The notes under the pieces: model-generated
The model's input: the letters and a program-made list of their open reading frames with translations, nothing else
Databases searched by the model: none
What the model was told of the DNA's origin: nothing
Shown: piece by piece, positions 16,514 through 25,068 of the stretch
Position numbering within the stretch: the first letter of the stretch is position 1
Layout: each line of letters begins with the position of its first letter
Assembly (NCBI GenBank): GCA_965117025.1
Contig: OZ220746.1
Location: 135,225-199,224, forward strand
Origin: Rhodothermales bacterium
Lineage (GTDB): Bacteria; Bacteroidota; Rhodothermia; Rhodothermales; VXPQ01
Reading direction: 5' to 3'
DNA length: 64,000 nt
Program-made: the position numbers and the translations under genes

Positions 16514-16925
16514 GGAAGATCAAGCGCACCTTCCTGCCATCGTTCTCGAACACCACTTCGTCGGCCATGGATTGCATGAAGAGCAGCCCGCGGCCTCCCT
16601 CCTGCAGGAGATTTTCGCAGGCCCGCGGATCGGCAGACGTGGTGGGATTAAAACCTTCTCCTTCATCCTCTACAGCCACTTCGATGCGCTGGTCCACCGC
16701 TTCCAGGCGGAAATGAACCTGCTTCGCCGCATCGAACCGGTTTCCGTGCTCAATCGCATTGGTAACGGCCTCCACCGTCAAAAGAACGATATTATAGGCA
16801 AGCTCTTCATCGCGCACGCGTTCCTGGAGAAAGGCTTCCGTTTCGGAGACAATCCGTTCGATGCTCGCCCGGTCGCTGGCGAGCACCCGTTCCATTACAC
16901 CCGGATTCAACGGCTTGTCATGCAT
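16503..16925 (-). CDS. Anti-sigma regulatory factor-type Ser/Thr kinase (RsbW/SpoIIAB-like HATPase_c)
   Basis: 140 aa. It has the N-box EAVTNAIEHGN, and G-boxes DEGEGF and GGRGLLFM. Confidence 0.8.
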   Translation of the reverse strand: MHDKPLNPGVMERVLASDRASIERIVSETEAFLQERVRDEELAYNIVLLTVEAVTNAIEHGNRFDAAKQVHFRLEAVDQRIEVAVEDEGEGFNPTTSADPRACENLLQEGGRGLLFMQSMADEVVFENDGRKVRLIFHAG

Positions 16926-16962
16926 GGGATACTCTGATTAAGTCCACGAAGCTCAGAGGCTG
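16926..16962. repeat. Single-arm copy of the dispersed palindromic element (right arm, reverse orientation)
   Basis: gggatactctgattaagtccacgaagctcagaggctg is the reverse complement of the right arm of the full copies. It fills the entire gap between two co-directional genes. Confidence 0.8.
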
Positions 16963-16963
16963 T

Positions 16964-18277
16964 TCATTCCCTTTCCTGCACAATATCGTTAAAAATACCG
17001 GCCAGTGCACCTGCAAGACGCTCCCGGTCGAATCCGGCTATCCATGCCGGATCGGGATGCGGGAGGCGTCCCCCGCTCCACTGTTCGTACAACTGACCGA
17101 TCGCATCCGCAATCGCATCCGGCGGGGCGTCCGGCTCCACGATGGTCGCGGCGCCGTACTCCTTGAGGGCCCTGCGCGCCACGCCCTCCGGCACCAGACC
17201 CAGTACCGGTTTTCCGGAGCCGAAATACTCGTACAGCTTTCCGGTCCATATCCGTTCAGACCCTTCGGCTCGTCCGATCGTCATCCAGAGCACATCGGCC
17301 GCGAGCAGGCCGGATACCGCTTCCTCGTGCGGGAGATAGCCGGTATGGTGGATCATGTCCTCGATATGCAGTCGCGCGGCAAGGGTTTTGGCGAATGCCG
17401 GCAGCAAACCCGTGAAGACGGCGCGCAGGCGGTTGCGAAGCGCCGGTTCTCTCTCCACAAGCGCCGCCAGCCCTCGCAGAAAGGGTTCCGGGGATTGCGC
17501 ATCGTAAAACACGCCGCTGTAGAGCAGTGTGAAGACCTCCGGGTCCATAGCCAGCCCGGGAATGCGGGGCTCGGCGTCGAAATCGGCAGGATCGAATCCT
17601 TGCGGGATGACCTGTACGTTTTCCGGAGTAAGGATGTCCGGATGGCGTGTGGCAAGGCTTTCCCGGATGGCGTCGCCGATCACGACGACCCGGTCCGCAG
17701 CCTTCAGGGCGCGGCCCTCGAGCCGGGTCGAGCGAGCCCGGTGGAACGGCGTCGGGTAGATATGGCGGGGATTGCCCACCCAGTCGTCCCGAAAATCAAG
17801 CACGAGCGGCAGGCCTGTTTTCCGGGCCAGCCGGGCGGCGGCAAGGTGCGAGGTGTACGGCGGCGCCGAAGAATAGATCAGGTCGTACGGCCTCTGCTTG
17901 AATATATCCAGCGCTTGCCTGAAAGCAGGACGCATCCACCCTATCTTGTTATCGGGTACGAAGACCCATTGGCTCAACGTGGACAATCCCCGCCGTACGG
18001 ATTCCCGGGGCATATCCACCGTGGTGCGTTTGCCGAAAAGGCGGGTAGGATCCCACGAAGCGGTGCGGTGAATCGTGATGCCGGCCTCCTCGACCTCGCG
18101 CAGCAGGCTGTCGTCGTAGGCGAAATAGCCGTGCGGGCGGCAGGTAACGACCGTCGATTCCCAGCCGTACCGGGGCAGGTATTTCAGGAACTTGGCGGTT
18201 CGCTGGACGCCGCTCAGGCCCATCGGCGGAAAATACCAGGCGAAGACGAGCACCCGCCGCGTTTTTTGCCGGATCAC
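16964..18277 (-). CDS. Glycosyltransferase family 4 (GT-B, GT1-domain)
   Basis: The conserved body starts at VLVFAWYFPPMGLSGVQRTAKFL. I propose a GTG start at 18277 (uncertain). The track ORF extension to 18787 overlaps glnS and the repeat element and is rejected. Confidence 0.75.
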   Translation of the reverse strand: MIRQKTRRVLVFAWYFPPMGLSGVQRTAKFLKYLPRYGWESTVVTCRPHGYFAYDDSLLREVEEAGITIHRTASWDPTRLFGKRTTVDMPRESVRRGLSTLSQWVFVPDNKIGWMRPAFRQALDIFKQRPYDLIYSSAPPYTSHLAAARLARKTGLPLVLDFRDDWVGNPRHIYPTPFHRARSTRLEGRALKAADRVVVIGDAIRESLATRHPDILTPENVQVIPQGFDPADFDAEPRIPGLAMDPEVFTLLYSGVFYDAQSPEPFLRGLAALVEREPALRNRLRAVFTGLLPAFAKTLAARLHIEDMIHHTGYLPHEEAVSGLLAADVLWMTIGRAEGSERIWTGKLYEYFGSGKPVLGLVPEGVARRALKEYGAATIVEPDAPPDAIADAIGQLYEQWSGGRLPHPDPAWIAGFDRERLAGALAGIFNDIVQERE

Positions 18278-18303
18278 AGGAGATGTGGTGTTCGATGTGC
18301 TAT

Positions 18304-18380
18304 GGGATACTCTGACCAAAACCCCTCCACTCAGCACTTTAAGGATACTCTGATTAAGTCCGCAAAGCGCAGGGTATCCC
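18304..18380. repeat. Two arms of the dispersed element in tandem (left arm 18304-18337, then short form 18339-18380)
   Basis: gggatactctgaccaaaacccctccactcagcac is followed by ttaaggatactctgattaagtccgcaaagcgcagggtatccc. It lies in the divergent gap between GT4 and glnS. Confidence 0.8.
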
Positions 18381-18500
18381 CCATGCAACGTTTCACGCCT
18401 ACGGGGCACTATGAACGCAAGAGGGACTTTTCGGGTTCGGCGGCGTTTGAATCCGCTCCGAAATCGGCGTAATAAATCCGACGGTATTCCCCGTTGCCGC

Positions 18501-20891
18501 ATGATGGAAACCGGACAGCCGGCCGCTCTGCCTCCCTCCGATGACGCTCCCGAATCGGGTTCGCATTTTATACGGGAGATCGTGGAGAACGACATACGGA
18601 ACGATACGTACGGCGGGCGGGTCGCCACGCGGTTTCCTCCTGAACCGAACGGGTACCTGCATATCGGGCACGCCAAGTCCATCTGCCTGAATTTCGGGAT
18701 GGCGGAGGATTTCGGAGGCGCATGCAATCTCCGGTTCGACGACACCAACCCCGAAACAGAGGAGGTCGAGTATGTCGAGTCCATCAAGGAAGATGTGCGC
18801 TGGCTTGGTTTCGACTGGGAAGACCGCGAGTATTATGCGTCGGATTATTTCGACCGGCTGTATGCCTTTGCGGAGCACCTGATCAGAAACGGCCACGCCT
18901 ATGTGGACAGTCAGGACGAGGCCGAAATACGCGCGACACGGGGCACGGTCACCGAACCGGGGCAGGAAAGCCCGTACCGGAACCGGTCCGTGGAAGAAAA
19001 TCTCGATCTCTTTCGCCGTATGAAGCGCGGCGAATACAAGGACGGCGAGCATGTGCTGCGCGCCCGGGGGGATATGGCGTCTTCCAATATGAAGATGCGC
19101 GACCCCCTGCTCTACCGGATCCGGCATGCGCATCATTACCGTTCCGGCGATGCCTGGTGCATCTACCCGATGTATGACTTCGCCCATCCTCTTTCGGACG
19201 CCATCGAGGAGATCACCCATTCCTTGTGTACGCTCGAGTTCGACAACAACCGGGAATTGTATGACTGGGTTGTCGACCGGTGCGTGGAGGAGCCCCGCCC
19301 CCGCCAGTATGAATTCGCGCGTCTGAATCTCGACTACACGATCATGAGCAAGCGCAAGCTGCTGCGCCTTGTTCAGGAAGGGCATGTGGCCGGTTGGGAC
19401 GATCCCCGGATGCCTACGCTTGCAGGGCTGCGGCGGCGGGGGGTTACGCCGCGGGCTATCCGGGCTTTTTGCGCCGGGATCGGGGTCGCCAAGGCGGATA
19501 ACCGGATCGGGATGGATCTGCTGGATTATACCATTCGGAACGATCTGAATTTCGAAGCGCCGCGCGTGATGTGCGTACTGCGGCCCCTGAAGGTCACCCT
19601 GATAAACTATCCCGATGCGGCCGATGAGGAACTGGAGGCCTCTTTCTGGCCGCACGACGTGCCCCGCGAGGGGTCTCGGGCGGTGCCTTTCGGCAGGGAA
19701 CTCTACATTGATCGGAACGACTTCCGCGAGGATCCGCCGAAGAATTACTACAGGCTGGCGCCGGGCCGGGAAGTGCGCCTGCGGTACGCCTACCTGATCC
19801 GGTGCGAGGAGGTGGTGCGCAACGAGGCCGGCGATGTGGTCGAGCTGCGGTGCACGTACGACCCGGAAACGCGCAGCGGCAAGGCGCCCGACGGACGCAG
19901 GGTGCGCGGCACCATCCACTGGGTATCCGCGGCGCGGTCCATGCCCGTCGAGGTGCGCCTGTATGATCGTCTCTTCCGCACGTCTGATCCGGAAGCAGGC
20001 GAGGACGATTTCATGGCCCATCTCAACCCCGATTCACTGGTGACACTGCGGGACGCCATGATCGAGCCGAGTGTCGCCGGAGATAGGGATACGCAGCGTT
20101 ACCAGTTCGAACGGGAAGGATATTTCTGGAGAGATCCGGAGGATTCGTCGCCTGAACGCCCGGTTTTCAATCGGATCGTGCCGTTGCGGGACACCTGGTC
20201 GAAGATAGAGGATAGGGTCAGGGACACAGGCCGGGAGCCAGTGACCGGGGCGGCGGCAGCCCCGAACGTACCGAAAAAACGAGTTTCTTCTCCTCCCTCC
20301 CCCACGCTTACCGAACGGATTGAAAAGCTTTCAGAACAGGAGCATACACGCTTTTCAGCCAACGTCGAATGGGGAATATCCGATGACGTGGCTCTTGGGC
20401 TGGCGCAGAAACCTGAAGCACACGAGTATTTCCATGACGCGCTGGCCAGCTATACGCAAGCGCTGGATAATGCTGCGCGCGCGAATTCTCTGGCCAACTG
20501 GGTCCTCAACGAATTACCATGGGAAGAGATAGAAAATAAAGAAGGCGCTTTCACCTTGCCTCCCAGCGAATTATCCCGTCTTGTGAATCTTGTGGATGAA
20601 GAAGTCGTTTCCGCGCGCACAGGCAAGGAAGTGTTGATAGAAATGGCGGCTTCGGGGAACAGTCCCGATACGATCATTGAGAACAAGGGATGGAAACAGG
20701 TGGCGGATCCGGACGCGCTGGCGCCTGCCGTAGAAGAGACGCTGGATGCGTTTCCCGATAAGGTTGCAGCCTACAAATCGGGGAAGAAAGGACTTATGGG
20801 TTTCTTCATGGGACAGGTTATGCAGCGCACCGGGGGTACGGCCAAGCCCGAACTGGCCCGGAAGCTGCTTGAGGAAAAGCTCGGAGAATAA
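18501..20891 (+). CDS. glnS: Glutamine--tRNA ligase with C-terminal GatB/YqeY-like domain
   Basis: ATG at 18501. The class I core has FPPEPNGYLHIGHAKS (HIGH) and a VMSKR-type MSK motif (IMSKRKL). The ~250-aa C-terminal extension ends ...KSGKKGLMGFFMGQVMQRTGGTAKPELARKLLEEKL, which is typical of GatB_YqeY domains. Confidence 0.95.
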   Translation: MMETGQPAALPPSDDAPESGSHFIREIVENDIRNDTYGGRVATRFPPEPNGYLHIGHAKSICLNFGMAEDFGGACNLRFDDTNPETEEVEYVESIKEDVRWLGFDWEDREYYASDYFDRLYAFAEHLIRNGHAYVDSQDEAEIRATRGTVTEPGQESPYRNRSVEENLDLFRRMKRGEYKDGEHVLRARGDMASSNMKMRDPLLYRIRHAHHYRSGDAWCIYPMYDFAHPLSDAIEEITHSLCTLEFDNNRELYDWVVDRCVEEPRPRQYEFARLNLDYTIMSKRKLLRLVQEGHVAGWDDPRMPTLAGLRRRGVTPRAIRAFCAGIGVAKADNRIGMDLLDYTIRNDLNFEAPRVMCVLRPLKVTLINYPDAADEELEASFWPHDVPREGSRAVPFGRELYIDRNDFREDPPKNYYRLAPGREVRLRYAYLIRCEEVVRNEAGDVVELRCTYDPETRSGKAPDGRRVRGTIHWVSAARSMPVEVRLYDRLFRTSDPEAGEDDFMAHLNPDSLVTLRDAMIEPSVAGDRDTQRYQFEREGYFWRDPEDSSPERPVFNRIVPLRDTWSKIEDRVRDTGREPVTGAAAAPNVPKKRVSSPPSPTLTERIEKLSEQEHTRFSANVEWGISDDVALGLAQKPEAHEYFHDALASYTQALDNAARANSLANWVLNELPWEEIENKEGAFTLPPSELSRLVNLVDEEVVSARTGKEVLIEMAASGNSPDTIIENKGWKQVADPDALAPAVEETLDAFPDKVAAYKSGKKGLMGFFMGQVMQRTGGTAKPELARKLLEEKLGE

Positions 20892-20895
20892 GAGA

Positions 20896-21297
20896 TCAGG
20901 AGTCGTCAGACCCACCCGGACAAAAAAGCGCTGCCGCGGCGCCGGCCGGGTCGCGAATCACGCAATAACTGCCCATGGCGCCCATGGATACAGGTCCTGC
21001 GATCACGGAGCCGCCCTGCTCGCGGCACACGGCCATGCTTGCTTCGAGATCCTCGACCAGAATGTAGATGAGCCACTGGGCAGGCAGGTCCGCATTGGCG
21101 CCGCGTGCATGGCACACCCCGGCCACCGGTTCCGTGTCGTCGCCCGGGGGTGACATACTGAAATCGTCGTACTCCCCCATGTTTACGGGAGAAGCCTTCC
21201 AGCCGGCTACTGCCTCGTAGAAATCCCGGACGCTTTCAGCGTCGGGAACGGTGAGATCCATCCAGCCGATGGTTCCGAAGGCAGGCGGCTTATTCAT
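20896..21297 (-). CDS. VOC-family (glyoxalase/bleomycin-resistance fold) protein
   Basis: ATG at 21297 (MNKPPAFGTIGWMDLTVPDAE...). The start overlaps the upstream gene's stop (ATGAATAA). Confidence 0.7.
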   Translation of the reverse strand: MNKPPAFGTIGWMDLTVPDAESVRDFYEAVAGWKASPVNMGEYDDFSMSPPGDDTEPVAGVCHARGANADLPAQWLIYILVEDLEASMAVCREQGGSVIAGPVSMGAMGSYCVIRDPAGAAAALFCPGGSDDS

Positions 21298-22309
21298 TGG
21301 AGAACAGGAAGGCCATGGGTTCATGGCGGACGCCTTCCGCCGAGGCGACGGCAAACTGCGGCCCTTCGTACATGGTAGCGGCTCCGTATCGCCCATCCTT
21401 GTGGACGGCGTAGAAACTGAGCCCGAAGCGCGGGCGGCCCTGTGCGTCCAGTAGACGGTCTTCGGTCATGGCTACAACCCGGCGCAGTACCTCGAGACAG
21501 GCATCTTCCGGGGTGTACCCGTGGCGCATGAACTCGACGGCAAGAAACGATCCGCAGGTCTGGATAGCGGCTTCGCCCCGGCCGGTTGCCCCGGCGGATC
21601 CCACCGTGTTGTCGCAGTACTGTCCGGCTCCGACGATGGGGCTGTCCCCTATTCGACCGGGAATCTTCCAGGCCAGCCCGCTCGTGGTCGTGACCGAGGC
21701 GATGTCTCCGCCTGCTGTCACGGCGCTCATATGAATGGTGCCGTCCGTGTGTTTTGCCGCTGCTTCCGGCCATTCCAGCCAGTTGTCGCCGGCGTTCAGG
21801 CTTGTTTTCCAGGCCAGCCAGTCGTTACGGCTCTGTTCCGTAAGCAGGTTTTGTGGCTTGAATCCCATTCGAATGGCGAAATCCCGGGCGCCCTTCCCCA
21901 CAAGGATCACATGATCCGTGTAATCCATCACGGCCTTGGCTACAAGGGAAGGCGTAGCGATGTCTTCCAGCGCGGCCACGGCTCCGGCGCGGCGGGTAGG
22001 GCCATGCATAAGGGAGGCGTCCAGTGTAACGATGCCCCGCTCGTCGGGCAAACCGCCGAGACCTACACTCTGGTCTGTTGGGTCCAATTCCTGGATTTTG
22101 ACGCCGGCAATGGCTGCGTCAAGCGGATCCGCGTCTTCCTCCGTCATCATCCGGTATGCCCTTTCGACACCCCGGATGCCGTTTCCTGAAGCAATCACAA
22201 TGGGCACGGTCCGGTGCAGACGGGCTTGCGGCGGGTGAGGTATGCTTGCCGTCGAAAGGGCAGCCGCCGCACCGGACAAGTGCAGAAACGTTCTTCGCGA
22301 TATGCTCAT
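21290..22309 (-). CDS. Ntn-hydrolase asparaginase-2 family protein (glycosylasparaginase/isoaspartyl peptidase-like) with Tat-like signal
   Basis: The N-terminus MSISRRTFLHLSGAAAA looks like a Tat signal. It also has a DGTIHMSAV autoprocessing-type Thr region and GDSPIVGAGQYCDN. Confidence 0.8.
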   Translation of the reverse strand: MSISRRTFLHLSGAAAALSTASIPHPPQARLHRTVPIVIASGNGIRGVERAYRMMTEEDADPLDAAIAGVKIQELDPTDQSVGLGGLPDERGIVTLDASLMHGPTRRAGAVAALEDIATPSLVAKAVMDYTDHVILVGKGARDFAIRMGFKPQNLLTEQSRNDWLAWKTSLNAGDNWLEWPEAAAKHTDGTIHMSAVTAGGDIASVTTTSGLAWKIPGRIGDSPIVGAGQYCDNTVGSAGATGRGEAAIQTCGSFLAVEFMRHGYTPEDACLEVLRRVVAMTEDRLLDAQGRPRFGLSFYAVHKDGRYGAATMYEGPQFAVASAEGVRHEPMAFLFSNE

Positions 22310-22836
22310 TGACTCCAGGGCGGTACGATGTCCTGCATGCGCGCGTAGGAAATCAACTGCCCAAGATGCTCGGAATTATGCCGCAGATAAGCGAGCAGGG
22401 CAGCGCGCACGGTCCGTTCCGGGTCGCCGTACAAACTCACCATGGAGTCCATCGTCTCGTCGGACATCCCGCGAATACCGGAAACCGCAAATTCATGCGT
22501 GTGCTTCAGGAACGCTACCACGTCTTCTTTCTCCATCACATTCTCGAGCGCCCCTTCCACATCAACTCCTTCGGGCGCTTCTACCCCCCCGACCCCTAAA
22601 ATAAAATAGGACGCCTGCGAAACATGCACGAGGTGTCGCCGGAACGGGAACACGGTCTCGGTAGGCGCCCATTCGTATTTGTCGGCGGGAAAGACTTCAG
22701 CAAGGGCTACCATGTTTGTCAGCACGGCGTCCACCTCCGAGGCGATTTCGTCCTGGCTTGACTGTGCCTGAACCGTCATGGAGGCAAATCCGGCGATAAC
22801 CAGCGCAATGGTTACGGTAAGGAGTTTCCTGAACAT
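22306..22836 (-). CDS. DinB-family-like exported protein, paralog 1
   Basis: ATG at 22836 (MFRKLLTVTIALVIAGFASMTVQAQS signal). His-rich motifs RHLVH, HTHEF and YLRHNSEHLGQL are present. The stop overlaps the downstream start as ATGA. Confidence 0.7.
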   Translation of the reverse strand: MFRKLLTVTIALVIAGFASMTVQAQSSQDEIASEVDAVLTNMVALAEVFPADKYEWAPTETVFPFRRHLVHVSQASYFILGVGGVEAPEGVDVEGALENVMEKEDVVAFLKHTHEFAVSGIRGMSDETMDSMVSLYGDPERTVRAALLAYLRHNSEHLGQLISYARMQDIVPPWSQ

Positions 22837-22880
22837 ATTATTTTTGAGATGGTGATGAAGGAATACGCGCACGTTCCGTG

Positions 22881-22998
22881 CGATCACAATGGGCACGGTC
22901 CGGTGCAGACAGGCTTGCGGCGGGTGAGGCATGCCCGCCGCCGAAACGGCAGCCGCCGCACCGGACAAGTGCAGAAACGTTCTTCGCGATATGCTCAT
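22881..22998 (-). pseudogene. Duplicated 5' fragment (first ~40 codons, Tat-like signal) of the asparaginase-family gene
   Basis: MSISRRTFLHLSGAAAAVSAAGMPHPPQACLHRTVPIVIA is near-identical to the start of 21290-22309. It was created by the 688-bp tandem duplication and reads in frame into paralog 1. Confidence 0.8.
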
Positions 22999-23525
22999 TC
23001 GCTCCAGGGCGGTACGATGTCCTGCATGCGCGCGTAGGAAATCAACTGCCCAAGGTGCTCGGAATTATGCCGCAGATAAATGAGCAGCGAGGCACGCACG
23101 GTCCGTGTCGAACCGTCGTACAAATCCACCATGGAGTTCATCGTTTCGTCCGACATCCCGCGAATGCTGGAAACCGCAAATTCATGCGTTTGCTTCAGGA
23201 ACGCTACCACATCGTCTTTCTCCATCACATTCTCGAGCGCTCCTTGCACATCGACTCCCTCGGGCGCTTCCACCCCACCGAGCCCTACAAAGAAATAAGA
23301 CGCTTGCGAAGCATGCACGAGGTGACGCCGGAACGGAAACACGACCTCGGTAGGCGCCCATTCGTATTTATCGGCAGGAAAGACTTCGGCAAGGGCCACC
23401 ATGTTTTTCAGCACGGCATCCACCTCTGAGGCGATCTCGTCCTGGCTTGACTGCGCCTGAACCGTCATGGAGGCAAATCCGGCAACAACCAGTGCAACGG
23501 ATACGGTAAAGAGTTTCTTGAACAT
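22995..23525 (-). CDS. DinB-family-like exported protein, paralog 2
   Basis: 176 aa with ATG at 23525. It differs from paralog 1 at roughly 24 of 176 residues by manual comparison. Confidence 0.7.
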   Translation of the reverse strand: MFKKLFTVSVALVVAGFASMTVQAQSSQDEIASEVDAVLKNMVALAEVFPADKYEWAPTEVVFPFRRHLVHASQASYFFVGLGGVEAPEGVDVQGALENVMEKDDVVAFLKQTHEFAVSSIRGMSDETMNSMVDLYDGSTRTVRASLLIYLRHNSEHLGQLISYARMQDIVPPWSE

Positions 23526-23638
23526 GTTATTGAAAGATGGTCATGAAGGGGTTACGTGTGCAATCCATGCAATAACAAACATCGTGCTCCGCGGAGGCGC
23601 CATACATGTACGGTATGGATCTATGGCATGGAATGTGC

Positions 23639-23742
23639 TTAAGGAGACTCTGATCAAAACCACTTCGCTCAGCGCTTCACGTTCGTGCATGAAGCGCCCC
23701 TCTCAGCCTCTGCGCTTTGCGGACCTAATCAGAGTATCCTTA
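23639..23742. repeat. Full-length copy (~104 bp) of the dispersed nested-palindrome element
   Basis: ttaaggagactctgatcaaaaccacttcgctcagcgcttcacgttcgtgcatgaagcgcccctctcagcctctgcgctttgcggacctaatcagagtatcctta. It aligns end to end with 39191-39293. Confidence 0.9.
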
Positions 23743-23815
23743 GGCGAGTATGAAGATATTGCGTGCGCCGGTCAATTGCAGGAAAAAATGCACGGCTTCC
23801 CTGGCGACTTTCATG

Positions 23816-24931
23816 TCACAGGGCCCGTTCCGTTGACCGGTCGAAGAAGTAAAGTTTTCTCAGGTCCAGCACCAGTCGGACGGATCGGCCCGCTTCGGGG
23901 AGTGTCCGGGACGCGATCCGGGCGCGAATATCCTGCTTCCCTACCCTGGCGCAAAGCAATGCTTCATGTCCCATGGGCTCCACGACGTCCAGCAGAAAAT
24001 CGGCCTCGTACGCAGCGTGTGCGGGAAGGGTATCTGATGAGGATGAGGACGTCTGAATATCTTCCGGGCGTATGCCGAGGGTCACGACCTGCCCGACGCA
24101 TGCTCCGACGGCTGCATGGTCGGGTTCCCGCAGGGGAATCAGCAGGCTTTCTCCTTCCGCCTCGAAGGCGGGCCCTCCCCCCTCCTCGACGATGCGGCCC
24201 TCAATGAAGTTCATCGCCGGGTTTCCGATAAATCCGGCTACGAACCGGTTTGCAGGCCGCCTGTAGAGTGCAAGCGGCGTATCGATCTGCTGGATTCGTC
24301 CCTTGTCGAGTACTACAATCCGGTCCCCCATGGTCATGGCCTCGACCTGATCATGCGTAACATAAATCATGGTCGTACCCAACCGGCTGTGGAGCCTCGA
24401 TATTTCCGCCCGCATTTTTCCTCGCAGTCCCGCATCGAGGTTGGAAAGCGGTTCGTCAAAGAGAAACATGCGCGGTTTGCGGACAATGGCCCTCCCAAGC
24501 GCGACCCGTTGCCGCTGCCCCCCGGACAATTGCTCCGGTTTCCGGTTCAGAATCGTTTCGATACCGAGTAATTCCGCAGCCTCCCGGACCCGGCGGCTCA
24601 TTTCTTCCTTGCCGTATCCGCGCAGTTTGAGCCCGAAGGCCATGTTGTCGAATACCGACATGTGCGGGTACAGGACATAGTTCTGAAAGACCATCGCCAC
24701 GTCCCGGTCCCGCGCGGGTACGCCGTTTACCATCCGATGATCGATATACAGGGAACCCTGTGTGATCGACTCGAGGCCGGCGATCATGCGCAGCACGGTG
24801 CTTTTCCCGCATCCCGATGGCCCAACCAGCACCACGAACTCTCCCTCCTCGACCTCGAAGGTCAGGTCCTGGACCGCTGTGACATTCCTGTCGTACACCT
24901 TACGGATATTTTCGAGCCGGATACGCGCCAT
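23816..24931 (-). CDS. ABC transporter ATP-binding protein, sugar-import type (MalK/UgpC/MsmX-like)
   Basis: Walker A GPSGCGKST, signature LSGGQRQRVALGRA, Walker B MFLFDEPLS, and a C-terminal TOBE-like regulatory domain. No permease or binding-protein gene is adjacent. Confidence 0.9.
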   Translation of the reverse strand: MARIRLENIRKVYDRNVTAVQDLTFEVEEGEFVVLVGPSGCGKSTVLRMIAGLESITQGSLYIDHRMVNGVPARDRDVAMVFQNYVLYPHMSVFDNMAFGLKLRGYGKEEMSRRVREAAELLGIETILNRKPEQLSGGQRQRVALGRAIVRKPRMFLFDEPLSNLDAGLRGKMRAEISRLHSRLGTTMIYVTHDQVEAMTMGDRIVVLDKGRIQQIDTPLALYRRPANRFVAGFIGNPAMNFIEGRIVEEGGGPAFEAEGESLLIPLREPDHAAVGACVGQVVTLGIRPEDIQTSSSSSDTLPAHAAYEADFLLDVVEPMGHEALLCARVGKQDIRARIASRTLPEAGRSVRLVLDLRKLYFFDRSTERAL

Positions 24932-25068
24932 GCAGGCAAATCAAAAAGACAGTGAAAAAACAAACCTGGCCGGCAGCCGCCGGGGACCTTTTGCAGGTAT
25001 AGGGATTAAGCGTACTTTTGCGCAATATACCCTCTACGGGGACAGATCGAACAATTCGAATGTGCAGG

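Noticed and set aside
16964-18787. A 607-aa version of the glycosyltransferase ORF.
   Set aside because: The first ~170 residues overlap the repeat element and the glnS start on the other strand and have no GT-like features. Conserved GT4 sequence begins at VLVFAWYFPP. I placed the start at a GTG at 18277, which is uncertain.
18399-20021. 540-aa ORF antisense to glnS, and likewise the 500-aa ORF at 55671-57173 antisense to clpC.
   Set aside because: Both are codon-aligned antisense frames of strongly supported genes. In that frame a stop arises only opposite the sense codons TTA, CTA and TCA, which are rare in GC-rich genes. Their translations are Arg/Pro/Gly-rich with no recognisable motifs.
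22306-22998. The 230-aa ORF as a genuine Tat-exported DinB fusion protein.
   Set aside because: The DinB part has its own start codon and Sec-type signal 54 codons in. The upstream part is a duplication scar (a 40-codon fragment plus a translated spacer). It is reported as a duplication finding, not as a gene.
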